Shown: positions 38,583-48,553, numbered from the stretch's first letter. The stretch: 64,000 nt of DNA from Anaeroplasma bactoclasticum (GCA_023667245.1 JAMPAL010000001.1:1317-65316), one strand, 5' to 3'. Numbers and translations: made by a program. The notes: a model not told the origin generated them from the sequence alone.

Positions 38583-41500
38583 CCTTTTTTCTCCAATGCC
38601 AATTGTTGAATAATGTGGTTAACAACCTCATCATACTGTGTATATAAATCATGAATATACACGACTTCCACCTGCCAACCTCTTTTTTTATACTCTTGAT
38701 GATAATAAATATAATCATCTACAAATGTTGTAGTATAATCTTCGCTTTTACCCATAATCATAATTGCAAAAGGTTTCTTTCTTTTGATAATAATATCAAA
38801 TGAACCAAACCCACTCTCTGCCTTTACTTTTTTATCTCTTAAACTTTGAATCAATAATTGAGTAATTCCTTCTGGCTTTTTTTCTTGCATAACATTTTTT
38901 CCAATGGTCTGTTGAATTGACTTTAGAATCATCTCATTTTCACTTTCTAACCGATGTTTCAAATAAAATACTTGTACACTGTTGTATACCGCAATAAAAT
39001 TTTTAAACACCAACTCTTTTTCGGAAGCTTCTAAATCTCTAAAATCATCATAATAGATATATACATCATTGACATAGCGATTACCTTCAGTTAAAGCATT
39101 CAAAATACGAATGTGATAACATAAAATGTTACCTATTTCTTCTGGAGAATAGGCATTGACCAATCCTTTTACAATGCTCGTATACGCTTTTCTTCTAGTG
39201 GATTCATTGGCAACCAATACATTGATAATGTGAGATGGATTCATATAAAACCGATTTAAAATATGCTCAATAAATGCTTCAAAATGATCGACTTGAATAA
39301 TATCGCATTGATTATCATAGGCATAAATATATTGATTATTATAACTCCAAATATTGTTGAATTTGGAATTCATTTGGATATAACGCCTTTTATAATCTAC
39401 AGTACAAGCTTTTCCTAATCGTTGCATCAAAGCATTTGAAACAGAAGTTTGGAATAATTTATCACCAAAAATAATGACTTGCTTACACTCTTGAATCCGG
39501 TAATATTTATTGGAAGTAGATAAATGAGCATCATCTACAATGACCAAATCAAATACTGATATATCCAAATGACTATTGAGAATATCTAAATCAGATAAAA
39601 AGACAGGTACATTTTTGGATAAAGCATTTACAATATGGTTATAGTCATTAAAGGCATACCCATGATTCAAGTTTACTTTTTTCCGAATATCTTCTACTTT
39701 TTTCTTTAATTCAAACCCATTTTTTTGACAATACGCATATTCAAAATCTTGATAATCATTTAAATATTGCAATAAAGATTGGGATGACAAAAGTTCTGGA
39801 TATTGAGATTCAATAGTACGATAATAGTCAAGAAATACACTATACATAAAGCGTTTAGATATGCCTAGTCCATATTTACAACTTCGAATACCTTCATATA
39901 AATCATTTAAGTGATAATTCAAAAATCGTTCTGTTAATACATTAATAGTCAAGATTGCATCAATTTGATCTACCTTATTGAGATATGTCTTAAATATTTT
40001 GATATTGGCATCAAAACTATTGGATTGAAAATCATTTTGACTACCTTTAAAGCAAACAGAAAAGGCCCTAAAAGCACTAACCCACTGAGCGTACATCACA
40101 TCAATTGCTTTGATATCTTCTAAAAGATGATTGAAATGTTGATCTTCAAAAAGTGCATTAATATCACAATTAGGAGATATTTTTTTCAAAAAATCATCAT
40201 AATGTTCAATAGTTTGACCAATATCACTGATAATGGTATCTAAACCCCGATAATATTTGCCTAAATTTTGCTTATATCTTGGTGCATTGGTTTCTAAATC
40301 TTTTTGTAATTGTTGTTGCATTCTATCATTTTCAATTAGAGTAACAATATCATCATACGTTACTGTATCTTTTTGAACAAAAATGCCTTTGATTTCTTGC
40401 TTCAATTCAATTACTTCTTTTAAATACAATTGCCACAATTTAATTTTTTCAACTTTATCTAATATGCTTCCATCTACAATGTGTATATTGTAATTGCGAA
40501 GGCTCGTACAAATACTAGAAGTTTGATAGCCTTCTGATTTGATTTGTGTCAATAATTGATGAATCACTTGAATATAGTGGTCTTGATATCTACCTTTTTT
40601 ATATTCATGCAATAATTTTTTCCAAGCAGAAATAAATTGATGATCCAAAGTAGTTACAAACTGATTGAATTTCACAAACTGCTCTACTAGTTCAATATCT
40701 AGTTCTTTTTTACCAAATACCTCTTGAATTGCATCTTGTAAAATTTCCATAGTGTGATAATATTTTTTTACATGTTCGACAATGAATTTTACATCTTGCT
40801 TTTCTTTTTTCGCAATTTTACGATTGATGTAATGCATAACAAAGCGATCTTGATTTTTTTTGTGCAATTCAACATCTAAAAAGCCCTTCGTTAATTGTTC
40901 AAAATGTGTAATAAAGCGAGGAAGGAAAATCACTTCTTCTAAATACAATAAATACGCATCCGTAATCGTCTTTTCATATTTACTAAAAATCATAGGTTGT
41001 TCTAAATAACAATCGATTACAAGTGGATTCAATAGATGTTGATTTAAAAATTGATCCAATTGTGTAAAAAAGCTATAACATGTATCTGTGATTTCTTTTA
41101 GACCAAATATGTTTTTCAATTTACTTACTAGTTCAGTTGTTTGATTGACGTTTTGTTCCATATCTTTGGTTAACAACACCAATTTTTCATCAAACTGAAT
41201 CAATCGATTAATAAAAATTGCATCTGTTGTTTCCCAGTTTTCTTCTACATTTAAATGGTCAGCAAGAATCACCTTTAAAATTTTTTCCATTCGTCCAGGA
41301 ATATAATTGTCAATAGTAGTCGCCTCATAATATTTAGATAAATTATATTTGATATCTACTAAGCCCTGAATTTCACGAAGGGATTTAAGTGTTTCCCGTC
41401 TAGTTTTTTCATCTATCCATTCCGGAAGTGGTCGAACAGAGGCAAAGTGATACACATGAGAAATGGTTTTATATAACTCATGAATGGTACTAGCAGGTTT

Positions 41501-42940
41501 GATTCCATATTTAGCCATCGTTTTCTTTTCTTTTTGATATAATTCAATATTGATTTCTTGTAATTCCTCTAAGCGCTGAATAATGCTTTCTTTAGTAATA
41601 TTATTTCGATAAATTTGTAGACGATGCCATACATTTGTTGCGTAAGTATCTATCATCTTTAAAGCATCTTCTATTTCAAGTAAATCATGATAAATCCGTT
41701 GCACTTCATGTTTTTCTAGTGTGATTTCTAATTGAATCGGTTCTATAGAAGGGTTTTCTTTTTTCAAGATAGCCAATTCTTCAAAAATATGGTGAATGGT
41801 ATAGCCATGTATTTTGGTCTGAAAATGATTGAGATGGTTGAACAATTGCGCAAGAATATCCAAAGAAAGATCTGACTTTCCTTTGTTTTCAATATCCACC
41901 TCTGGTCTTTCAATTCTTCGCAAGTTTCTGGTTAAGTTATAGGATAATCCGTCAAATCCCAAATAAGAAATACTTTTTTCTAAGTCGAATAAATTATCTA
42001 AATCCTGATTGATATATAAAACTTTTTTCCCTTTGAGCACTTGGTCAGAAAGAATATTTAAAATGGTATGTGTTTTCCCACTACCAATTCTACCATCAAT
42101 GGCAAATTTTTCTCCCTTATCCACCTTCAATAAAACGTATTTTTGATCTAAGTTGGTAGGTAGTATGCCTTTAATGTTTGTAAAATAGTGATTGACAATC
42201 TTTTCTTCAGTTGTCTCAAAGATAGACCGCTCAGTTGTCATAAAATCCTGACCAATTAAAATATCGCCATATTCTACGTTTCCAATTGTCAAATAGTTAG
42301 TAGGATTGACTGTTGTATGCAGTACTTCTCCCAAATCCAAACAAAGTTTGTCAATATCTTGTACAGAATAAATCTTCCGTGATACATATTCATCGTAGAA
42401 TCGTTTTTGATAATCGGTTTCGTTACCACCAATAATTTTATATTTTGATTTTCGTAAATAATCAATTGGATTGGTCTTGTCTTTTTCTATATCTCGAAAA
42501 TACAATACAGCCAATTCTTTTATAATTTTCGTATTAATCATCGGCGTACTACTGGCCACGATCTCAAAGCTTTGATAATCAAAGTCAAAAGGGATGAGAA
42601 CAAGAGGAGCATATTTTTCACAAGATGATTGATCATAATATTTGATTACACCAGCAGTTAACAAAAATTTATAAGACGAATTTTTCAGCCGCAAATTAAT
42701 CAAATAGTTCAGTTGGTAATAGTAATCAAACAAAATATCTCCCGTAATCATACCGCTACCCTCACTAAGGATTTCAAAGTTCATCAACTCTTGTAGATTT
42801 ACTTTCTCCCCCTTGATGATTTTATTCATCATCTTCATATCTATGGCACCTAGTTCGATATAATAATCATCTTCTAAAATATTAATCAAATGCATATTAC
42901 TTGAACGAATATAGTATGTATTGTCATTTTTGATTTTCAT
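38579..42940 (-). CDS. 1453-aa P-loop protein, a divergent or degenerate DUF4011/Upf1-like SF1 helicase relative with a C-terminal restriction-endonuclease-like module
   Basis: Uninterrupted ORF with its own extended -10 promoter and RBS GAGGTAG. The single Walker A GRIGSGKT is encoded at 42071..42094. DLVIVDDAH (39524..39550) and VIIFGDKLFQ sit where motif II and motif III would be. The C-terminal string is FDIIIKRKKPFAIMIMGKSEDY...RGWQVEVVYIHDLY. Confidence 0.8.
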   Translation of the reverse strand: MKIKNDNTYYIRSSNMHLINILEDDYYIELGAIDMKMMNKIIKGEKVNLQELMNFEILSEGSGMITGDILFDYYYQLNYLINLRLKNSSYKFLLTAGVIKYYDQSSCEKYAPLVLIPFDFDYQSFEIVASSTPMINTKIIKELAVLYFRDIEKDKTNPIDYLRKSKYKIIGGNETDYQKRFYDEYVSRKIYSVQDIDKLCLDLGEVLHTTVNPTNYLTIGNVEYGDILIGQDFMTTERSIFETTEEKIVNHYFTNIKGILPTNLDQKYVLLKVDKGEKFAIDGRIGSGKTHTILNILSDQVLKGKKVLYINQDLDNLFDLEKSISYLGFDGLSYNLTRNLRRIERPEVDIENKGKSDLSLDILAQLFNHLNHFQTKIHGYTIHHIFEELAILKKENPSIEPIQLEITLEKHEVQRIYHDLLEIEDALKMIDTYATNVWHRLQIYRNNITKESIIQRLEELQEINIELYQKEKKTMAKYGIKPASTIHELYKTISHVYHFASVRPLPEWIDEKTRRETLKSLREIQGLVDIKYNLSKYYEATTIDNYIPGRMEKILKVILADHLNVEENWETTDAIFINRLIQFDEKLVLLTKDMEQNVNQTTELVSKLKNIFGLKEITDTCYSFFTQLDQFLNQHLLNPLVIDCYLEQPMIFSKYEKTITDAYLLYLEEVIFLPRFITHFEQLTKGFLDVELHKKNQDRFVMHYINRKIAKKEKQDVKFIVEHVKKYYHTMEILQDAIQEVFGKKELDIELVEQFVKFNQFVTTLDHQFISAWKKLLHEYKKGRYQDHYIQVIHQLLTQIKSEGYQTSSICTSLRNYNIHIVDGSILDKVEKIKLWQLYLKEVIELKQEIKGIFVQKDTVTYDDIVTLIENDRMQQQLQKDLETNAPRYKQNLGKYYRGLDTIISDIGQTIEHYDDFLKKISPNCDINALFEDQHFNHLLEDIKAIDVMYAQWVSAFRAFSVCFKGSQNDFQSNSFDANIKIFKTYLNKVDQIDAILTINVLTERFLNYHLNDLYEGIRSCKYGLGISKRFMYSVFLDYYRTIESQYPELLSSQSLLQYLNDYQDFEYAYCQKNGFELKKKVEDIRKKVNLNHGYAFNDYNHIVNALSKNVPVFLSDLDILNSHLDISVFDLVIVDDAHLSTSNKYYRIQECKQVIIFGDKLFQTSVSNALMQRLGKACTVDYKRRYIQMNSKFNNIWSYNNQYIYAYDNQCDIIQVDHFEAFIEHILNRFYMNPSHIINVLVANESTRRKAYTSIVKGLVNAYSPEEIGNILCYHIRILNALTEGNRYVNDVYIYYDDFRDLEASEKELVFKNFIAVYNSVQVFYLKHRLESENEMILKSIQQTIGKNVMQEKKPEGITQLLIQSLRDKKVKAESGFGSFDIIIKRKKPFAIMIMGKSEDYTTTFVDDYIYYHQEYKKRGWQVEVVYIHDLYTQYDEVVNHIIQQLALEKKG

Positions 42941-43025
42941 ATTTTCTACCTCACTGGCAATTGTGTATAATCTGCCACTTTATTATCTATTATATCACTT
43001 TTATTTATTTTATCAAAGGAAAATG

Positions 43026-43055
43026 GAAAAAAAGTAACTATTCGTCTAGTTACTT
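43026..43055 (-). terminator. intrinsic terminator after the ClpC-like gene
   Basis: On the minus strand: AAGTAACT-loop-AGTTACTT followed by TTTTTT. It overlaps the stop codon. Confidence 0.7.
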
Positions 43056-44997
43056 ATCTTGTTTTATTTGTTGTTTCTAATTGGTTAGTTTGTGGATTAT
43101 AATAATACTTCCCTTTTTCTAGCAATAAACTCTCGCAAAAGACCTCTTCTTTTTTACGTTCTGGAATATCTTGTAGGTTTACAATTTGAATAGATTGTTT
43201 TTGAAACAATTGATCATATTGATTTTGATGATATCTAGTGGGTAAAGTTTTTAGACAGGGAAAGCGTAATTGGGGTTGATTTTGGACTGAATGAATAAAT
43301 CCTGTTTGATGATGATGATTTTGTTTTCCACCAATAGCAAAAATAGCATTGGTTAAATAAATTGTTCTTCCTTTATTATCCAAGAATGTTTCTTTTTGAA
43401 ACAATTGATATAAAAATTGTTGAATAGAAATATGGGCTTGCTCAAAATGCCTAAAATAAACAAATGCCATAGGATACCGAATCAAATGTTCTGATAACAG
43501 CCCACCTTGTTCATATCCCACATACCCCTTTACTGAACCAATTAAGTTATTGATCATAATGGGATCTTGATATGTTTCTAAGTCTACTTCTAGATACATT
43601 TCTTTTTTAAAATGAAATAATTTCATTAAATCTACCATTAAATCTTGGGATACGAAATCATGTTCTACTTCTACTACCGCAATATTGTTTTGTTTTAATT
43701 TCCATTTTCCTTTTTCAATAAACCCCACATAATTTTTTTTCAATTCTGGATAATTTAACTTTGCTTTTTTTAATTCGGTTAATGTCAAATGATGAATAGA
43801 AGTCATATCTTCAATGGTATCATCAATTAAAGATTGGATACTTTTATCACTTGATTTTTTCCTAGCTCCAACCTCATCCATCACATCAATTGCTTTATCT
43901 GGAAAATTGCGATTAACCAAATAACTTTTACTTTTTTGAATGATGGTTTGAATATCTTTATTTGTATATTTTACATGATGATAATTTTCATAACTTATCT
44001 TAATTTCTTTTAAAATATGATACGTTTCTTCTTCTGTAGGTTCATCAATAAACACATTTTGAAATCGTCTAGAAAGGGCTTTGTCTTTATCAATATAATG
44101 ATAATACTCATCTAATGTTGTAGCTCCTATCAATTTCATATCTGAACGCGACAAATAGGGTTTTAAAATGTTGGCTATATCAAGCGATCCATCATTAGAA
44201 CCCGCTCCTACAATATTGTGAATTTCATCAATAAATAAAATTGCCTTTTTCTTTTTGATATACTCCATTGCTTTGGTTAATTTTTCTTCCAATTCACCAC
44301 GATATTTGGTTCCAGAAACAATGCCACCTAAATCCAATTGATAAATATCCGTTTGTAAAATTTCTGATAAGCCTTCTACAATAGCTGTTTTTCCTACACC
44401 TGCATTTCCTATCAGTAACGGATTATTTTTTTGTTTTTTGGATAAAATAAATTGTATCTTTTCTACATAATTGCTTCTTGACACAAAGGGATGAATTTTG
44501 GTAGTGGAAGAAAGATGAATCAAAAATGGATAAGGTGTAGCCTCTTTTGTGAATCCTTTTTGTTCAAAAAATCCAAAAATCTCCTCTATGCTTTCTGCCA
44601 GTTCATCTAAAACTAAGCCTAGCTTTTCTAACACGATACAGGCAACTGAATCATACTCTTTGAGCATCACATAGAAAATATGTTCATCATATACATAATC
44701 ACTATTTAAATCCGTTGCCAAATTTTCTGAAAACAAAATGATTTCTTGAAATTTTTTTGTATATGTTATATCTTGATGGTCCGTTTTTCTCAAAATGACT
44801 AATTTCTCAACTGCATGTAATAAATCCTCATATTGAATATTTTTTTCCTCTAATAAAAAGTGACAAATGCTGTCTTTTGTTTGATACATGGCGAGTAGAA
44901 GGTGTTCACTGCCAACCCATTTTTTGCCTAAAAGTTTCGCTATCTTTAATGCCTCATCAATCATTTGAATTGCATTTGTACTAAAAGCCTCAAACAT
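43054..44997 (-). CDS. ClpC-derived AAA+ protein with an intact D1 module and a degenerate D2 module
   Basis: It has two Clp_N repeats. D1 has Walker A GNAGVGKT (44386..44409), Walker B ILFIDEIH and SRRFQ. The D2-homologous region (LIGSVKGYVGYEQGGLLSE...FRHFEQAH...NKGRTIYLTNAIFAIGG) lacks both Walker A and the Walker B acidic pair. I chose the ATG at 44997, 5 nt after AAGGAGG. Confidence 0.85.
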   Translation of the reverse strand: MFEAFSTNAIQMIDEALKIAKLLGKKWVGSEHLLLAMYQTKDSICHFLLEEKNIQYEDLLHAVEKLVILRKTDHQDITYTKKFQEIILFSENLATDLNSDYVYDEHIFYVMLKEYDSVACIVLEKLGLVLDELAESIEEIFGFFEQKGFTKEATPYPFLIHLSSTTKIHPFVSRSNYVEKIQFILSKKQKNNPLLIGNAGVGKTAIVEGLSEILQTDIYQLDLGGIVSGTKYRGELEEKLTKAMEYIKKKKAILFIDEIHNIVGAGSNDGSLDIANILKPYLSRSDMKLIGATTLDEYYHYIDKDKALSRRFQNVFIDEPTEEETYHILKEIKISYENYHHVKYTNKDIQTIIQKSKSYLVNRNFPDKAIDVMDEVGARKKSSDKSIQSLIDDTIEDMTSIHHLTLTELKKAKLNYPELKKNYVGFIEKGKWKLKQNNIAVVEVEHDFVSQDLMVDLMKLFHFKKEMYLEVDLETYQDPIMINNLIGSVKGYVGYEQGGLLSEHLIRYPMAFVYFRHFEQAHISIQQFLYQLFQKETFLDNKGRTIYLTNAIFAIGGKQNHHHQTGFIHSVQNQPQLRFPCLKTLPTRYHQNQYDQLFQKQSIQIVNLQDIPERKKEEVFCESLLLEKGKYYYNPQTNQLETTNKTR

Positions 44998-45131
44998 GAA
45001 TTCCTCCTTAACTTTTGCTTGCATTTTATTATATGCAAGGCAACATCAAGATAGACTTTTTTTAGTTTTGCTACCTAATTTACTTTTAAACAAGATTATG
45101 GTACAATGATAATTAGAAAAGAGGTGATGAT

Positions 45132-46418
45132 ATGAATGAACCCATTGAAACAACAAAAGCCATATTGGTCGGTATTCCACTTGGAACTGATGAAGACTTT
45201 GACTATCAAATGCATGAACTTGCGGGATTATGCGAGGCAAGAAATATTGAAATAGTCGATACGATTACTCAAAATTTAGATCATCCTATCAGTAAAACCT
45301 ATGTAGGTAGTGGTAAATTATTAGAAATTAAACAACAAATTGATATATTACATGCAAATTTAGTTGTCTTTCTAGATGAGTTATCTCCAATTCAACTCAA
45401 AAACATTGAGTCTATTCTAGATTGTGAAGTAATTGACCGTACAATGCTTATTTTAGAGATTTTTGAATTGCGTGCAAGAACAAAAGAAGCTATATTACAA
45501 GTAGAAATCGCCAATTTAAAATATATGCTTCCTAGACTAATTGGTTCCTATACTCACTTATCTAGAACTGGTGGTGGTGGCACAGGGGGTTCTGGAGCAA
45601 GGCGAGGTAGTGGAGAAACCAAACTAGAAGAAGACAAAAGGCACATTGAAAGAAGGATTCAAAAAGCGACTGAGGAATTAAAAAGTATTGTCCAAAGTAG
45701 ACAAACAGCAAGAAAATTGAGAAAATCAAGTGATACCAAAACAGTTGCTTTTGTCGGCTATACGAACGCAGGAAAATCAACTACGATTAATAGCTTATTA
45801 GAATTGTTTCACCGTGATGATGAAAAAAAAGTTTTTGCCAAAAATATGTTGTTTGCTACCCTTGAAACCGCAACAAGACTCATCAAACTCCCTACCAATC
45901 AAGAGTTTCTAATTACCGATACGGTTGGTTTTGTCAGTCACCTTCCTCATCATTTGATTGAATCGTTTAAATCCACTTTAGAAGAAATTAAAGAAGCCCA
46001 TTTGATTGTCCATGTAGTAGATGCCGCAAGTCCTTATGCTTCTATGCAAATCGAAACAACCAACCAGGTGTTAACGGAGATCGGAGTAAAAGATATTCCT
46101 ATTGTATACGCCTTTTGTAAAGCTGACCTTGTTAAAAACACCCTCTTTTTACCTCAAGTGGATACAGATTTTATTTTAATTTCCAACACAAAGCATACTG
46201 GTTTTGATCAACTGATTTGCTATATTCAAAATACTTTATTTTCAGATCAAGTTACTTGCAAACTACTGATTCCCTATGCAAATGGAGAAATCTTTTCTAT
46301 TCTAAAAGAAAAGGCCCATGTACATGATTCTTCTTATGAAAATGAAGGTATTCTTTTAACTTGCACGATGAGTAAACACTTATATCAACTTTATATGCAA
46401 TATGAATTATCTCAATAA
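45132..46418 (+). CDS. hflX: GTPase HflX
   Basis: HflX N-domain, glycine-rich linker, G1 GYTNAGKST and G3 DTVGF. Confidence 0.95.
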   Translation: MNEPIETTKAILVGIPLGTDEDFDYQMHELAGLCEARNIEIVDTITQNLDHPISKTYVGSGKLLEIKQQIDILHANLVVFLDELSPIQLKNIESILDCEVIDRTMLILEIFELRARTKEAILQVEIANLKYMLPRLIGSYTHLSRTGGGGTGGSGARRGSGETKLEEDKRHIERRIQKATEELKSIVQSRQTARKLRKSSDTKTVAFVGYTNAGKSTTINSLLELFHRDDEKKVFAKNMLFATLETATRLIKLPTNQEFLITDTVGFVSHLPHHLIESFKSTLEEIKEAHLIVHVVDAASPYASMQIETTNQVLTEIGVKDIPIVYAFCKADLVKNTLFLPQVDTDFILISNTKHTGFDQLICYIQNTLFSDQVTCKLLIPYANGEIFSILKEKAHVHDSSYENEGILLTCTMSKHLYQLYMQYELSQ

Positions 46419-46451
46419 AAAACAAGGAAAGCATACGCTTTCCTTGTTTTT
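46417..46451. terminator. bidirectional terminator between hflX and the MBL gene
   Basis: AAAAAACAAGGAAAGC-ATAC-GCTTTCCTTGTTTTTT. Confidence 0.85.
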
Positions 46452-47551
46452 TATTCCCACTTTCGATATTGTTCAAACCACTCCGTATCCTTGAAAATCA
46501 CATTGTGGTGAGAGCAGTTTACTTTTGTTCCTTCTTCATTGGATGTAATCACAATATTACCATTATAGGAGGTATATCCATTTTCAGTCGCAAGTGTCGT
46601 GACATAAATTTGATCCGTATAGTGACAAATCCGTGAAGTAAATGCTTGTGATGGAAATTGATTCAAGTTATTTTTGGTATATTCATCAGAACCAGCACAA
46701 CAACATACACAAACGATTTTAGGCTTAATTACTGCTAGTAACGCATCTGTTGTAGAAGTCGGAGAACCATGATGTCCTGCCTTAAACACTTCTACTTCTG
46801 GTAAATCATTATACTCAATCAAATATTTTTCTCCTTCTTTTTCTAAATCACCAGTAAACAAAAAATGTTTGCTTCCTTGATGAATCATGACGCATACTGA
46901 ATAGTTATTTTCATCGCTAGATTCATTTTCATAATAATAGTTATACAAAATTTCTAGTTCAATACCCTCACTGAGTGTATAAGATCGTTTCGCACCATTT
47001 TCATTTCGATAACACTCTAATGCGGTATAGTGATTCGCTCCTTCTGCAATTTCTATCTCACGTTTTTCATAATACTCAGAAATAAGCGCCGTTTTTGCAT
47101 TGGTTTTTGGAAAATCAATAATGGTTTCACATTCAAATGCTTCAAAGATACCTTTTACTTTTGTTGTCCCTACAAATCCTGCAATATGGTCTTGATGAGC
47201 ATGTGTAGCAATGACGTATTCTAATTTATTGTCCACAACATAATTTTCCAAATAAGTTGTAATCGTTTCTGCGCTAGATTTACGAGATCCAGCATCAATT
47301 AAAACATCTGTTTCTCCTGCCTTGATATAAACAGCATCACCCGTATACTGATTACCAACTTCCAAGAAATGAATAGATAAATCACCACTGACAATCTCTT
47401 CTACTGGCTTTTGATGACTACATTGATCGATATAAGGTTTATAATACGGATAACCAAAATAAAGGGCTGCTCCTATTAAAAGCAATAATAAAATTCCAAT
47501 AGGTAATTGAATAATTTTACGAATGGTATTATGTTTTTTTCTTCTTGCCAT
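46451..47551 (-). CDS. membrane-anchored MBL-fold metallo-hydrolase (similar to the ComEC C-terminal domain)
   Basis: N-terminal TM helix, metallo-beta-lactamase motif HAHQDH and a later GHHGS. Confidence 0.8.
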   Translation of the reverse strand: MARRKKHNTIRKIIQLPIGILLLLLIGAALYFGYPYYKPYIDQCSHQKPVEEIVSGDLSIHFLEVGNQYTGDAVYIKAGETDVLIDAGSRKSSAETITTYLENYVVDNKLEYVIATHAHQDHIAGFVGTTKVKGIFEAFECETIIDFPKTNAKTALISEYYEKREIEIAEGANHYTALECYRNENGAKRSYTLSEGIELEILYNYYYENESSDENNYSVCVMIHQGSKHFLFTGDLEKEGEKYLIEYNDLPEVEVFKAGHHGSPTSTTDALLAVIKPKIVCVCCCAGSDEYTKNNLNQFPSQAFTSRICHYTDQIYVTTLATENGYTSYNGNIVITSNEEGTKVNCSHHNVIFKDTEWFEQYRKWE

Positions 47552-47584
47552 CTTATCTTCTCCTTTTATTTATTTTATTGTATA

Positions 47585-48553
47585 TTATGCTTCGTGCAAT
47601 ATTACTTGACATATTTTTTCTAATTCTTGATAAGATTTGACACTGACAATACTACTTTTATATGCCTTTGTGCCTGGAATTAATTTTAAGTACCACCCCG
47701 CATGACTACGCATCTCAATCATTGCAATATGCTCCCCCTTTTCAAGAATGAGTCTTCTAGCGTGGTCTAATAGTGTGGCAATGACAACTTGCCGAGTGGG
47801 TTTTTCAACAATGACTTGATGTTCCATATAGGAAGCCATTTGGTCAAAGATAAATGGATTCCCAAGGGCAGCACGGCCAATCATCACCCCATCTACACCC
47901 GTTTCTAACATGCTCTGAAGTGTGGAAATATCCTTTACATCACCATTTCCAATGACAGGAATGGATGTTGCTTCCCTGACTTGCCGAATATAATCTAAAT
48001 TGACTTCTCCTGTATACAAACTAGATCTTGTTCTACCATGAATGGCAATGGCATCTACTCCAGCTTTTGTTGCAAGTTTTGCCACTTCCCCACAACAAAT
48101 GGAATGCGCATCCCAACCTGCTCTGATTTTAATTGTTACTGGAATATCCATATTTTCCTTTAGACTTTTAATGATGTCGTATATTTTTTGAGGCGTTTTC
48201 AGTAATGCACTACCTGCTCCACTTTTCACAACTTTATTGACTGGACACCCCATATTGACATCCAATATATCAATGGGTGAGCGAGTAATCATTTGTTTTG
48301 CGGAATCAGTAATCGACTGATAGTCGGAACCAAAAATTTGCATAGAAACAGGATGTTCACAAGGTGCTATTTGAATCATTTGCAAGGTTTTTGTATTTTC
48401 ATAAGCTAACCCTTTGTCGCTAATCATTTCCGTACAGACCAATCCCGCTTGATGCTCTAAACAAATTTGTCTATATGTAGAATTGGTAACACCTGCCATA
48501 GGTGCCAAAATGATGTTATTCTTTAGTTTGACATTGCCAATTTGTAGACTCAT
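47585..48553 (-). CDS. dusB: tRNA-dihydrouridine synthase
   Basis: LAPMAGVTN and DVNMGCP motifs. I chose the ATG at 48553 (GAGGT 9 nt upstream). The tracked GTG is at 48577. Confidence 0.9.
   Translation of the reverse strand: MSLQIGNVKLKNNIILAPMAGVTNSTYRQICLEHQAGLVCTEMISDKGLAYENTKTLQMIQIAPCEHPVSMQIFGSDYQSITDSAKQMITRSPIDILDVNMGCPVNKVVKSGAGSALLKTPQKIYDIIKSLKENMDIPVTIKIRAGWDAHSICCGEVAKLATKAGVDAIAIHGRTRSSLYTGEVNLDYIRQVREATSIPVIGNGDVKDISTLQSMLETGVDGVMIGRAALGNPFIFDQMASYMEHQVIVEKPTRQVVIATLLDHARRLILEKGEHIAMIEMRSHAGWYLKLIPGTKAYKSSIVSVKSYQELEKICQVILHEA

Noticed and set aside
44998-45131. A CtsR operator (tandem GGTCAAA-type heptads) upstream of the ClpC-like gene.
   Set aside because: I could not find a tandem heptad repeat resembling the CtsR box in this region.
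45046-45240. A 64-aa minus-strand ORF spanning the ClpC-like/hflX intergenic region.
   Set aside because: It overlaps the hflX start and promoter, has no RBS and gives an implausible sequence. The region is better explained as divergent promoters.
46451-47551. The membrane-anchored MBL-fold protein considered as a truncated comEC pseudogene.
   Set aside because: The ORF is intact, with its own TM anchor, RBS and terminator. Stand-alone ComEC-like MBL proteins are common, so there is no evidence of decay.
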